Source: Geosiphon pyriformis uo1 (lineage: Eukaryota > Fungi > Glomeromycota). From it: 23,506 nt of DNA. Position 1 is the stretch's first letter; every line of letters starts with the position of its first letter. Below are positions 11,525 through 23,058 of this stretch, in pieces. A model generated the notes under the pieces. The model ran no database searches. It was given only the letters and a program-made list of their open reading frames with translations, and was not told the DNA's origin. The position numbers were made by a program, and so were the translations under genes. The stretch spans positions 1 to 23,506 of the forward strand of contig JAAOMT010000250.1 in the NCBI GenBank assembly GCA_016748015.1, given 5' to 3'.

Positions 11525-11526
<2 letters not shown>

Positions 11527-14015
11527 AAAAAATTGTTTTTAACGAGTTCTTATATTTTTTTATTTAAATTTTATATCGACTAATGTTAAGGTTATCTTCT
11601 TCAAATTTAAATTATTTCAATATTTTCATTCTTTTGCTTTAAAGCATTTATCTCGACTTCTAAAGATAAATTTGTTTCATAATATTTATTTTATAGTAAA
11701 AATTCAAAACAAAATAATAAAAGATTATTGTTGTTGTTTATTAATTAAGAAATTATACTACAGGAAATTTAAAGTTTTTTGCTAGAAAAATTATAAAGAC
11801 CCGAAAAAAAATATGTTTGTCTAAAAGAGTAAAAATATTAAAGCTAATGAGAAAAAAAGATGACCAAGAATATTTTTAAAGAAATTTTCTAATAATTCAA
11901 AACTTATTTTGCAATTATTTTATTGAGAAAGCCAGAGATAAAGAGTAAAAAGACTTGTAAACACAATTCATACTAAAATATATATTTGAGGTAATTTTCT
12001 CTATTATAAAAAAATTAAAAAAAAAACTTGACTCAACTTAATGATATTTTTAAGCGAAATTGAATTAATCGACAAAACCAAACCAATTAACAATAGTATA
12101 TTAATAAAAGATTTATTATTTTAAATACATAAAAGAGCCTAAGTTAGTATCTAAATAGTTTGAATTTTTTGAGAGTTATAATAAAATTTACAACAGAATA
12201 GCTTCAAAACTCTTTGATAAAGACTATTTTAAATGTTTAAACCATCTCAGTTTGATTTTGTTTACTCACTCACTTTTCTATTATATTCAAAGAGCTATAT
12301 TAATAAACAATTTTAATATTATTCATAGTTGCCACATGTTTGGTATTTCGCAAAATCAGAAATTGCTGCAAAGGTAGATATACAAAAATCTTATGTTCAA
12401 ATCTTTATTCTATGAATTGAATATATTGGTTATTGACTTAATAATACGATTCATTGTAATCTACACCCTAAAATTGGTGCGACAATAAAACATGTTTAAT
12501 CTATGTTACTAGTGGCAAAAAGCTCATAATAACTGCTAATGTTATCGGCAATAAAAATTTATATTTCTCTAAAACACATTTCTAATTTATAGATATTCAT
12601 CCAAGAGCAGCAATAGAAATTCTACTCTAATTATGTAAATTTTAAAAAATTTCAAGTAAAACGGTTTGTAATTAATCATTTCAGAATTTTAAATATTTTT
12701 ATATTAAAGCTTGACCACTAAAGATATTTTGTGTGTTTGAAGTTACATATGCAACAATAAATTATTGCATATTTATTGTTACACCATTCTTTTTATAAAA
12801 TAAAAAACTTTTGTTTTTCTTTCCTTATAAAATCTTTGTAGTTTAATAATCTTCTTGTGTTAATTATAAACCATGTTTTCAAGTTCACCAACTTAAGGCT
12901 TGAAGTTGAAAAGGGTAGATTGGAAAGATTTTTATTACCAAGTTGATAAGTGGTGGTAATTTAGGATTTACATTGAAATAGTTAAAACAACCTGTGAAAA
13001 GTGGATTGGCAAAATTTATTAATGAAGTAGATGTTTTGAATATGAGTACTCATATTTTGAAATTTTTGATGCAATTTTCGGTAGGCTAATGCTAAGGACT
13101 AACCATAGATTTTATAATTTCATAAATATTTTTCAATTCAAATCTTAAAGCTGTAAGAATTAATATTTTTTTTGAGCCATCTAAAATTCACCACCACCCA
13201 CCACCCACCACACTGTGTTCAGTAAAGTCAACAGAATAACACCATTTTGACAAGATAAAAATATAAATTATTTTCTGATAAAAAAGATAAACAGCGTCAA
13301 GGGATGGGAACTATATTAAAGAAAGGACAAAATGTGTGTGTAGAGCTAAAAAAAAGATTTGATAGTGAGTGGTGTGGAAGCATCAAATAGAATATAAATA
13401 GAAACTCTTTTATATAATTTTGAATAATATAATTCGATTAAAATTTCTAAAAAATTTTGCTTTCAATTGTTGGAAGGCTCTTGTTCAAAAAAAGATAAAA
13501 AAATCTCATAATCAGCAAAACTAATTTTTGTTAATTCTACATGTTATTGTTTGTATTGTCACCATTATTTTTCTCATCATATGACCAAAGATATGTGGAA
13601 ATATGGATTTTTGGGAACATGGTCAAAACTGGCCTATGAATTACCTTATTTAAATTAGTTTAACAACTTCTGGTTAGTGTCTAAAATATTTTCAAATAAA
13701 AAAATAAAACATTTAAAAAATAATTATTAATTTTTTCTTGATTGACAAAACATTTCTATTGAAACCAAAAAACCAATTCCAAAGCCTAAAATATAAAATA
13801 AACTTTAATTTAATATTTTTCTCTCGTAATCATCTTTATTTAATTGATAATTTAATTAAAGAGTGACTTGAAAATCCGAAATGTATAAGCAAATGGGTCG
13901 TGAAAAACAGTTTATTAAAAACGAATGTTATACGGTAATTATTGTTTGCATTATTTGGATGGTCTACTACTCGTTTGAAAATCAAGTCACTTCTTTTCAA
14001 AAATCTCTATTTGAG

Positions 14016-15439
14016 TTAACTACAATCACCCATTCTAATGCCGAAATAAGGCCCATCATGGAATAAATCATCCGGAACGTTAATGATTGATTGTCCTCCA
14101 TTACACTCCTAAAGAGATTTTTTTTCAGATTTTATCAGTTTAAGAAAATTTTTCTTTATAAAAACTTACCATATTCTCACTAGTCCATTCCTCAAGCCAA
14201 TATTGTCGTTTTTTCGTTTCAAGTGATTGATTATTACAATCCCAATAGGAATATGGATGAAAATTAACATCATAATCATCGTCATCATCTGGACAATTGC
14301 AATTTTCTAATGGCTCAATCCAGATTTCAATCCCAAAATGATTCCACCCCAATTTAGCCAAAGGAAAGTGTGGGACATGGTCATTTCCATGGGTTATGCG
14401 ATGATGTGTAATTAACATATTTGCAAATCTACTGAATTCTCTATTTCCAATTCTTGGAGCTCCAAATGTTATAATATGTTGTCCAATTCCATTCATATCT
14501 ATTTCAGGCCATGACTTCAATTTAAGAATCACATATCTTTGCATAGTCCATCGAATACCAACAATTGAGGCGTATGCTAGTATTTCAATAGTATAAAAGT
14601 ATTTCAGATTTTTACAATCGAAACTAAAAAAAAATTACTAGTTTGCCGAACCTCCACCAATAGCATGCCCAGTAAACAAAATTTGTGTCGTCTTGGAGGG
14701 TTTTTTTTCTAAATATTTCCGTATATTTTCTAAAATACTTGGAAAGACGGAGTCAATAAGTTCCATTACTGGCTTATTAACATGAACATCATCATATGTT
14801 GGGAAGTTTTTCACTTGAAATACAATTTGTCTATCAATCTCATCGCGCCAGGAAATTTTTTTTCTTTTCTAAGAAATAAATAAATAAATATATAAAGAAA
14901 TTCCAATTTAGTGAATTTGATTCTAACATACTATTTCAAAAATGACAAATAATTACTGGTCCTGCAAAGTACACAACTAACGCTGCATTAAGGCTTCTAC
15001 TTGTGATAAAGTTGTATTTGACTAAAGAGTGAAAAATTACAAAAAATAATATTTGATATGAAGTTAATATAAATCAATTGTTTTATTCTAAAAGGATCAA
15101 ACCGTTTATACGCCCACTTCCTAAATCGCAATAGGCATCACTTGCAAGGTATGCCGATTCTTTATAAAGCGTTAAAAAACCTATTTTAGGATCCATTAAA
15201 GTTTTATAAGCTGATTGAGATCGTTTTGTGATTCGATTGAATTGGAAAGGAACTTTAATTTGATTTCTCCAATCGACCACTATAGGGAAAGTGAGATTTC
15301 CATCTTGTTTATAGAGATTTTGATTTTTTAGGGCTTTATGAGAAACTATCCAGCCTTCAGAATTTTCATGTGACCAAAAGTAAAATATAAAGTATATGAA
15401 TATTGAAACAATAATGGCAAAATCTTTAAAAGAATTCAT
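14016..15439 (-). CDS. Class-3 lipase-like (alpha/beta hydrolase) protein with N-terminal signal/anchor; nucleophile Ser replaced by Ala; 5 exons, ~372 aa
   Basis: Exons 15439-15103, 15021-14957, 14868-14652, 14576-14170, 14108-14016 (1119 nt in frame, GT-AG introns). Motifs: ASDAYC, LVVYFAGP, FTGHAIGGAYA, TFGAPRIGN, RITHGNDHVPHFP, HFGIEIWI, FHDGPYFG..GDCS*. Hydrophobic N-terminus FAIIVSIFIYFIFYFW. Confidence 0.9.
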
Positions 15440-16301
15440 TATGCTCTTCAAACAACATAAGTTGGGTTCCTATTTTATTATCTGATTTAAATTTATCATG
15501 TTCAAAGATAAAATAACGTCCAATCATTTTCGTTCAAAAGATTTCCGAATTAGTCATTTATTTAGACCAAGCGAACTGGCCATTTTTTAGATTTTATACT
15601 ACAATCCAAACAATAACATTTTCTAAATAAGAGCAAAACATAATCAAAAAATTCATGGGAATCTTAACAGATTAGTGATGGTGGGAATGTTTTAATGTTA
15701 AGATTAAGTACTTTTTTAGATGATAAAAATTTTGACTTTGATGCAAACAGCAACTCCATTGGTATAGTAAAAAAAAATTCATGTTGTTAAGTTTGGAGTT
15801 TGTAAAGTAGACATGTATATTAAATTAAACATTGTTTTAATTAGGCTCAAATAGTTAAATTTTTTCCCGGATATATTAAGCTGTGTGCGTTTTTGATTAT
15901 AGAATTAATTTTTTTTTTAATAGTGCCTGAATATTATTTGTATGAATATCATTATATTTAGCATGAGTACACAGTCTCAACCATTAAAATTTAGATTTTT
16001 TCTAATACATTTTCAAAGTTTAATATTTCAAAATTTTGCAACATACTTGTCAATTAGTTAATCAATTTCTTTCACTTTAATTATAACGATTTTTGTTCTT
16101 TTATCATTTGTATAGTCATAATTTCGTTCTATGTTTACACACATTTAAAATTTATTTCGAAGTTTCATGTTCAAAATTTTTTATAAATTTATTAAACCAT
16201 TTTATATATATGTATATTTTATACATATAAATTTGAGTTGGATCTCAATAAAAATGTATATTTAAACATTAAATTCGAAAAAGATTAAATGAATAAACTT
16301 T

Positions 16302-16325
16302 TTGTTGTTGTTGTTGTTGTTGTTG
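16302..16325. repeat. (TTG)8 microsatellite
   Basis: Directly visible. Confidence 0.9.
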
Positions 16326-16763
16326 TTTTTTTGAAGATTTATAATTTATTTTTTCAAAATTTTAAATAATATAAAAGTTAATCAGGTATTAAAATTGATT
16401 TTATAATTGGATAATTTTTTATTAATTATTCATTTTATAAAAAAATTTCTGCATTTATAAGATTTAAGAGAATTGGTTTAAACATATTCAAAAGTAAAGT
16501 TTAGTTAAATTGAATGATAAAATTTGTTATTTAGATGTGAAGAATACTCTATAAATTAATAAATTAATAAAAGTATATACATTGAGATGAATTTAATAAA
16601 TATTGTAAATAAAATAAATTTTTTTTTAAATTATAAAGGCTATCTAAAATATATCACTTATTAAAAGGTCAACTAATCAATATAATGTTAATTTCATTTT
16701 GGAACTTAAAATAATATATAATTCACGAACAGAAATTAAGATGAGCGATCACGATTAGATCTA

Positions 16764-18367
16764 TTAAGAGTCATCTAAATATAATGGATAGTAAAAATAA
16801 TCCAGTGTTAAACTATTTATTAATGATTAATGATAGAGAAGTAATTTCTTACCTTGAGGCAAATAGATTAATTCTTTTTAAAAAGTAAAGTAAATTGATG
16901 TGAATACTTTATAATAATTAAATCAATAAATTAATTAATATAAAAATAGATAAACTAACCTTTTGAAAAATCAATCATTTGTAAAGTTAAAACACGACTT
17001 GTATAAACTGCTCCTGGATGAATTTTTATATTTGTTGTTGTTGTTGTTTTTGTTGTTGTTGTTTTCGAATCGTTTTTTAACATTTCAAACACGTATTTCT
17101 CTGATTCTAAAAACTCGAATGTCGTGTACCAAAGCCCATTCAACTTCCTTTTAACTTCTTCAGCAGTAGGACGATTGTCAGGATTAACATCCCAACAATT
17201 TTTTATTATTTCGACAATTGAAGGTGGAATAAGCGGGGAGGTAATCTTAGGTCTAGCCCCATCTAAAATAGCCATTATAAGAATTTGATCATGATCACGA
17301 TCATAAAAGGGAGGCTTTCCTGTTGCTAATTCCCATAATAACATAGCAAAACTATAAATATCACCAGCTGTTGTAAAATTTTCTCCTCTTAAAACTTCTG
17401 GTGGAATGTATGGTATCACTCCATATATTTTTTTTTCCTCCATTGCTTTTCCTATTGTTGGGTCTGTTGTTGTTGTTGCTTCATTTTTTGTAGGTTGACA
17501 TAGTCCAAGGTCTCCAATACTAATAATTCTTTTACTTAATTGTAGGATGTTGCCCGAGTGTAGGTCACGATGAACCATACCAGAAGAATGAATTGAATTA
17601 AGTCCTTCAGCTATATCACACGCGATCCTCAATTTATTTTTCCAACTCGTAGAATGAAAATTTGATAAATATTTTCGCATATCTCCATGTTCAGCAAACT
17701 CCATCACAATTCCATACTCGAGTGTTTCAGCGTTTTGCGTAATCCCCCATATTGAAGAGATATATCTTAAATACCCACCGTTATTAATATATATAGCTCT
17801 TTGAAAATTTAACTGTTAACACAGTGTAAAAAAAAGTATACAGTAAAGATAAATAGGAATTTTGAATATAAACATAAATAAAAATATAAATATAAATAAT
17901 CTGTTTACCTCTTTCAACACTTCTAAACTGTTTGTCTTTATAATTTTTATTGCTACTTCATCAATCATTTTTCCAAACGCATTAGTTCCTCTTCTTTTAT
18001 ATTCCATTGAACCATGATGTTTTATACTGCCTAAATTAATCCGTCCATCAATTAAGATTGCTTTATAAATTATACCGAACCCTCCTCTAGCAATTTCGTT
18101 AATGTTCGACAAACGCTCCCATGGAATCCATTCATAATAATTCAATCCAGCAGTATGAAATTTATTAGGTGGAATATAGTTTGGATTCTTAATTATTTCA
18201 TCAATCACTTTATTGCCGCTTGAAAAGTTCTTATAAAGTTTTTCAAAAAATATGAACTGGCATGCACTACAATCATTCCTATTAATTTTAATGCTTCTCT
18301 GACACGCTTCACACTCATTGCAATCATGTACTTCTGGACGATTTCCTTTAATTTCTTTGTTTTCCAT
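16764..18367 (-). CDS. Tyrosine-kinase-like (TKL) Ser/Thr protein kinase of the type expanded in Glomeromycotina, ~438-447 aa
   Basis: Exon 1 18367-17909; exon 2 17812-16960 (or read on to TAG at 16955); possible tail exons 16873-16853 and 16774-16764. Motifs: CxxC cluster, FSSGNKVID, EWIPW, ARGGFG, VAIK, MEFA, HRDLHSGN, DLG, GVIPYIPPE, DIYSF, CWD..P..RP, HPGAVYTSR. The 3' end is uncertain. Confidence 0.92.
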
Positions 18368-18899
18368 GGTGTGGATAAAAGGACAGAGGGTAAAGGGTAA
18401 AGGATAAAAAGTAAATAAATTATTATTTTTGAGGGTTTCTTTAAAAATTTATTTGATAGTAGATTTAGAAAATAATTTTATCTAAACCTGAGTTCTTATT
18501 TATGTCGTTTCTCTATGCTCGCATAGTCTACTGTGATTCGCTACAAATCATACTAAATAGGTTTAACTGTTTAAGTAGTAGCTAGAATACACAAAATACT
18601 AAAAAAAGTTTCCAATTGTCTCATTATATTGTTCTTTGTAGAATACAAAAACAACATTATCAAAATTAGGCTTCGTGTGGAACATAAAAAAATACTGTAT
18701 GATTTAATCCATAAGACCATTTTAAAAATTTATTTTTTGAGCAACTAGATGTTTTATTATTAATATGATTTCTCAAAAAGTGTTACAAAAAATATATATT
18801 ACATGTAATTAATTAAGTCCTTTAATGTGTGTAAATTGTTTAATTAATTTAAGTTGAGTAAACTTTATTTAGAATGTCCCAAATTCTAAAAAAATATAA

Positions 18900-21800
18900 T
18901 TTAGTAAAAAATATCTAAATAATCATTGTCTATGGTATTTGAATAATTTCATTGACAACTTAATTCAAAATAAAAATAAACTTTATTATCGTATTAATAT
19001 ATTGAAAAATCAATATTTTTGTGAATAAATAAATTTAATGTAAATAGCAAAAAATTAAAAATTGTATTTTTTAAACAAATCGATAATCAATTTATAAAAC
19101 TATTAAACATTATTTTTTAATTATTTAATTAATAATTTATTTTTATAATAAATATTTTATTAAATTTACTTCCTATATATTATAAGTCATTTAGAAATTA
19201 GTAACATAATATTATATTATAATTTAAAAAAATTATTAAAACTTATTATATATTTAAATATTAACAAAAGTTAATATGTATTGATTGTAAAATTTATCAT
19301 TATAAATAAGAAATATACAAATTAAATATCATAATAATTTATAATTAACAATAATTATATATTCTAAATGACAAAATTAAAATTCAATAAGTGTTCGGCT
19401 ACATCGTAAACAATTAAAAAAAATTAATGTATTAAAAATTAAGGATATTGTTTATTGTTTTATTTCGATTGTTTATTGTTATATTAATGTTAAAATTATT
19501 TTATTTTATCTTAAAATATTGACTATTTGTAAACACTATTAAAATTGTTTTTTATTATAAATTAAATATATATTATTGTTATATTTCTATTTTAATTGGT
19601 TTATTACTTTAAACTTAAAAATAATTGAATTTACACAAATACAACAAGTGAAATTTTTACACAAAACTACTTAAAAATTAAATTATAATTGATCTTTGTA
19701 TTTTAAATAAAAAATTAAAAAATTAATTTTTTAGTTACCATGAGTACAAGTATTTTTAAGGAACAATATATAGAACTAAATCGAAATTAATACTTTTAAA
19801 GTTTTGGAAAATTTTGCTTATATAACTATTAAAAACATTAAATTAATAATTAAGTTGATTTAATTTTAAAAATAAATAGTTATATAGATATTAGTAGTTA
19901 ATATATATTAATATATTTTTTGCTGCTTACGATGTAGCCCAACCACAGACTATTTTCATATGAAACAGCCTTTATACATTAGACGTGAATTGTACACAAA
20001 CCATGCATGACTAGCCATCTAACTAATATAAATAAAACAATTACTATATATAAAGAATAAAAAAATATTAACTATAAAAATATTTTAATAATAAAATTAA
20101 TTTTATGTTAATTTTTGAAATAAAAATTAAGTAATTAATTCACATTAATGGTTAATACATCCTTAATATAAATGAATAGCTATTATATAAAATATAATTA
20201 TAACGCTACTATTTTTAGTTAATATAAATTATTTATAATCTATTAATAAAAAATAATTTATAAATCTTAATTTGGATAAACCAACCAATTTTACAATTTT
20301 AATGAATTAAAATATCAAAAATTTCTTACAATGGCATTATTATTTACAGCTAAATTAAAATTGATTTTTATTGTTAAAACTAATAAAACGAAACTTAAAA
20401 AAAATTAAATTAAATCAATTTTTTTCCGAAAAAACCAGGTTTTAAAATAATAATTATAATATTAAAGTTTTTTTTAAAAAAAAATTGTTATTTTAAAAAT
20501 ACTCTTTTTTGGAATTTTCAACAATTTTTATTAGTGTTAATAATTACTTTATGTAAAAAGTTATAAGACTAGTAGTTATTATAAAAATTGTTAAAAAAAT
20601 AAAGCTTTAAGGTAAATTTTTTATTAAAAGTTTTTAATAGTGGAAACAATATTAAAATTGTTTTTAGTATGTTTTTTTTTAAAAAAACTTATAGTTAAAG
20701 AAAAAATAATTCAAGTTTGTATTATTAAAAAAATATTTTTAAAATAATTTATTATTGAAAAAACTTTTTTGGTTGTTTTTTGTTGCTTTTGTTATAATTA
20801 TAAAATTACAAGATTATAAAACAAAAAAAATATTTTTATAATTTTTATTTAATATTTTTAATTTCAATTAAATATTTTAAGAGATAAATTTATTTTATTT
20901 GTTTATTATAATATAACAAACAAATATCTTTTAATAATTCAGAAATATTTTATAGATCTAAATATTATTAATGTAAACCAAACATATATTAGCATCCTAT
21001 TTTCTTAAATTATAACAAGTATATAAAACACCATAATTATTATTAAAGATATTAAACTTGAATTAAATACATTAAAATTAAGTATAGAAAATATGTAAAA
21101 AAAGTTAAAAAGATTATAAAATAAGTTAAAAAAATAAAAAAAATTAAAAGATAAAAAAAAAACATAATTATCTGAAAAAAATATTTGAAAAAAAGAAAAA
21201 GGAAAAAAGCTAAATAAGCAAAAATATTATATGCAATAGTAATTCAAACAGATAATAACTTTGTGCTTTGGATATATATATTGTAAAAATACTTTTTTTA
21301 TCTATTAATTTTTGTTTTTCTTGTTATTATATCTTTTTGTCTATTATTTAATTTACTTAATATCTTGAAATCTTTTTAATATTTTAAATTTACATTTATT
21401 TTGTGCCAAATAAAAAAAATACAGAGACTTGTAGTTTTATATATTTAACTAAAATTTATTTTATTATTTTATATATGTTTTTTTATAAATATAAAATGTT
21501 TAAAAAAATTCTTTATTTTTAATATTGAAATACAAAACAATTTTTTGTTTTCTATTTTATAAACTTAAAACAGAATAAATTACTTCTTAAAAAGATTCAA
21601 AAAATTATTTTTTTGTGATAAATTTACATAAACATTAATAATTAAAAAAAATTACAAAAAAAGTTTATTTATATATAGTAAATTAGTTCTATTTAATTAT
21701 ATATAATATAAAATATACAATTCTTATTTTTTTAATTTTTTTTTAAATATACTAAAGATGTTAATATTAATAAATATTAAACAACATATTTTAAAATAAT

Positions 21801-22950
21801 ACAAAAAAACATCTTAATTTTTTGAAAATTCTAAAAATTAAATTTACATGTAATTTTTTTAATAATTATTATTAAATAAATAAATATATTCTAAAATTGT
21901 TTTCTTTTTTAAAGCATTACATAATACAATATAGAATGTTTTCAATTTGTGCTTAACTATTTTTTACAATATTAAGCAATTAATAACTAAGCAATTTATA
22001 TATTTATTAGTATTGGTTTATTTAAAAATAAACTCAAAAAGTTGTAATATGTCAATATTTAATATAGTACTATTTTAAAATTAAAACTTTATATTTTATT
22101 AAATAAAAATTTTATACAAAAAGTTTGTAAATAAATAGAATATAATTATTAACTTATAAGTTATTAAAAACAATTTTATCTAAACAAATAAGTAAAATAT
22201 TTAAGAGTTGTTTAAAATCAAATCTTTTATTAAGACTTTTAAAATATTCTGTTAATTATTTATTTACAAATATATAAATTTTGTTTGTTTGTATAAAAGA
22301 GCTATTTATAAAGATTTAATTAAAAATTTAGACAGAAAAATAAACTTAAAATATAAAAAATACCAAGCTTTTAATCTTAATAAATTAAAAATATTGTTAT
22401 TTAATATTTAATGTTTTAAATAGTTTTTAAAACTTTGAATATAAATTTATTATTAATTTTTTTTGGTTTTATTTTTTAATAAAAATAAATTTGCAACTTA
22501 TTAATAATTAAAAACTTAAACTTACAAAGTTTTTTACAATAAAAAAAAATTTATCATCTGTAAATAGATTATTTAAGCTTTTTTATCTTTAATAATATAA
22601 TTTTTAATACGTATTTATTTTATTTTAACATAATAATTTTTTAAAAGTTAAAATATTCTTAAAATTTTGAAGGAAGTTATTTATTAATTTTAATTAACTA
22701 TTATTAAATTAGTATTTATTAATTTCTACATTGGTATTTTTAAACGAAATATTTTAAAACAAAATATATTTAATACAAAGTTGAATTAAATTTTGTTAAA
22801 TTGGTTGAAAAAAGTTTTTAGATATGAGATTAATAAGTAATAACATTTAAATTACATTAAAAATAAAATAAATTATTATATATATGTAATGATTTAATTA
22901 TATTATATTATATTTTTCTTATTTTATAACTTTTTTTAAACTTTTTATGA
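18900..22950. other. Ultra-AT-rich, CpG-poor block; probably nested decayed TE DNA
   Basis: No ORFs in the track, very few G/C, contains a MITE-like element and abuts a pogo-like terminus. Confidence 0.5.
19391..19946. mobile_element. MITE-like non-autonomous element (~550 bp) bounded by terminal inverted repeats
   Basis: Left gtgttcGGCTACATCGTAAaCA (19391-19412); right end reverse-complement gtggttgGGCTACATCGTAAgCA (19946-19924). AT-rich non-coding interior; no clear TSD. Confidence 0.7.
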
Positions 22951-23058
22951 TAACAATATCAGATAAGCTTAATAAATATTTTGAATAAATGCTGAAATAC
23001 ACACAAAAATTTGATGCTTTTAAGATTTAAATCGTGTATTTTATATGTATAAATAGTA

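Noticed and set aside
13881-14066. 61-aa plus-strand ORF
   Set aside because: Antisense to the last lipase exon and 3' UTR; no recognisable features.
16963-17154. 63-aa plus-strand Leu-rich ORF
   Set aside because: Antisense mirror of the kinase (ACA)n poly-Thr tail.
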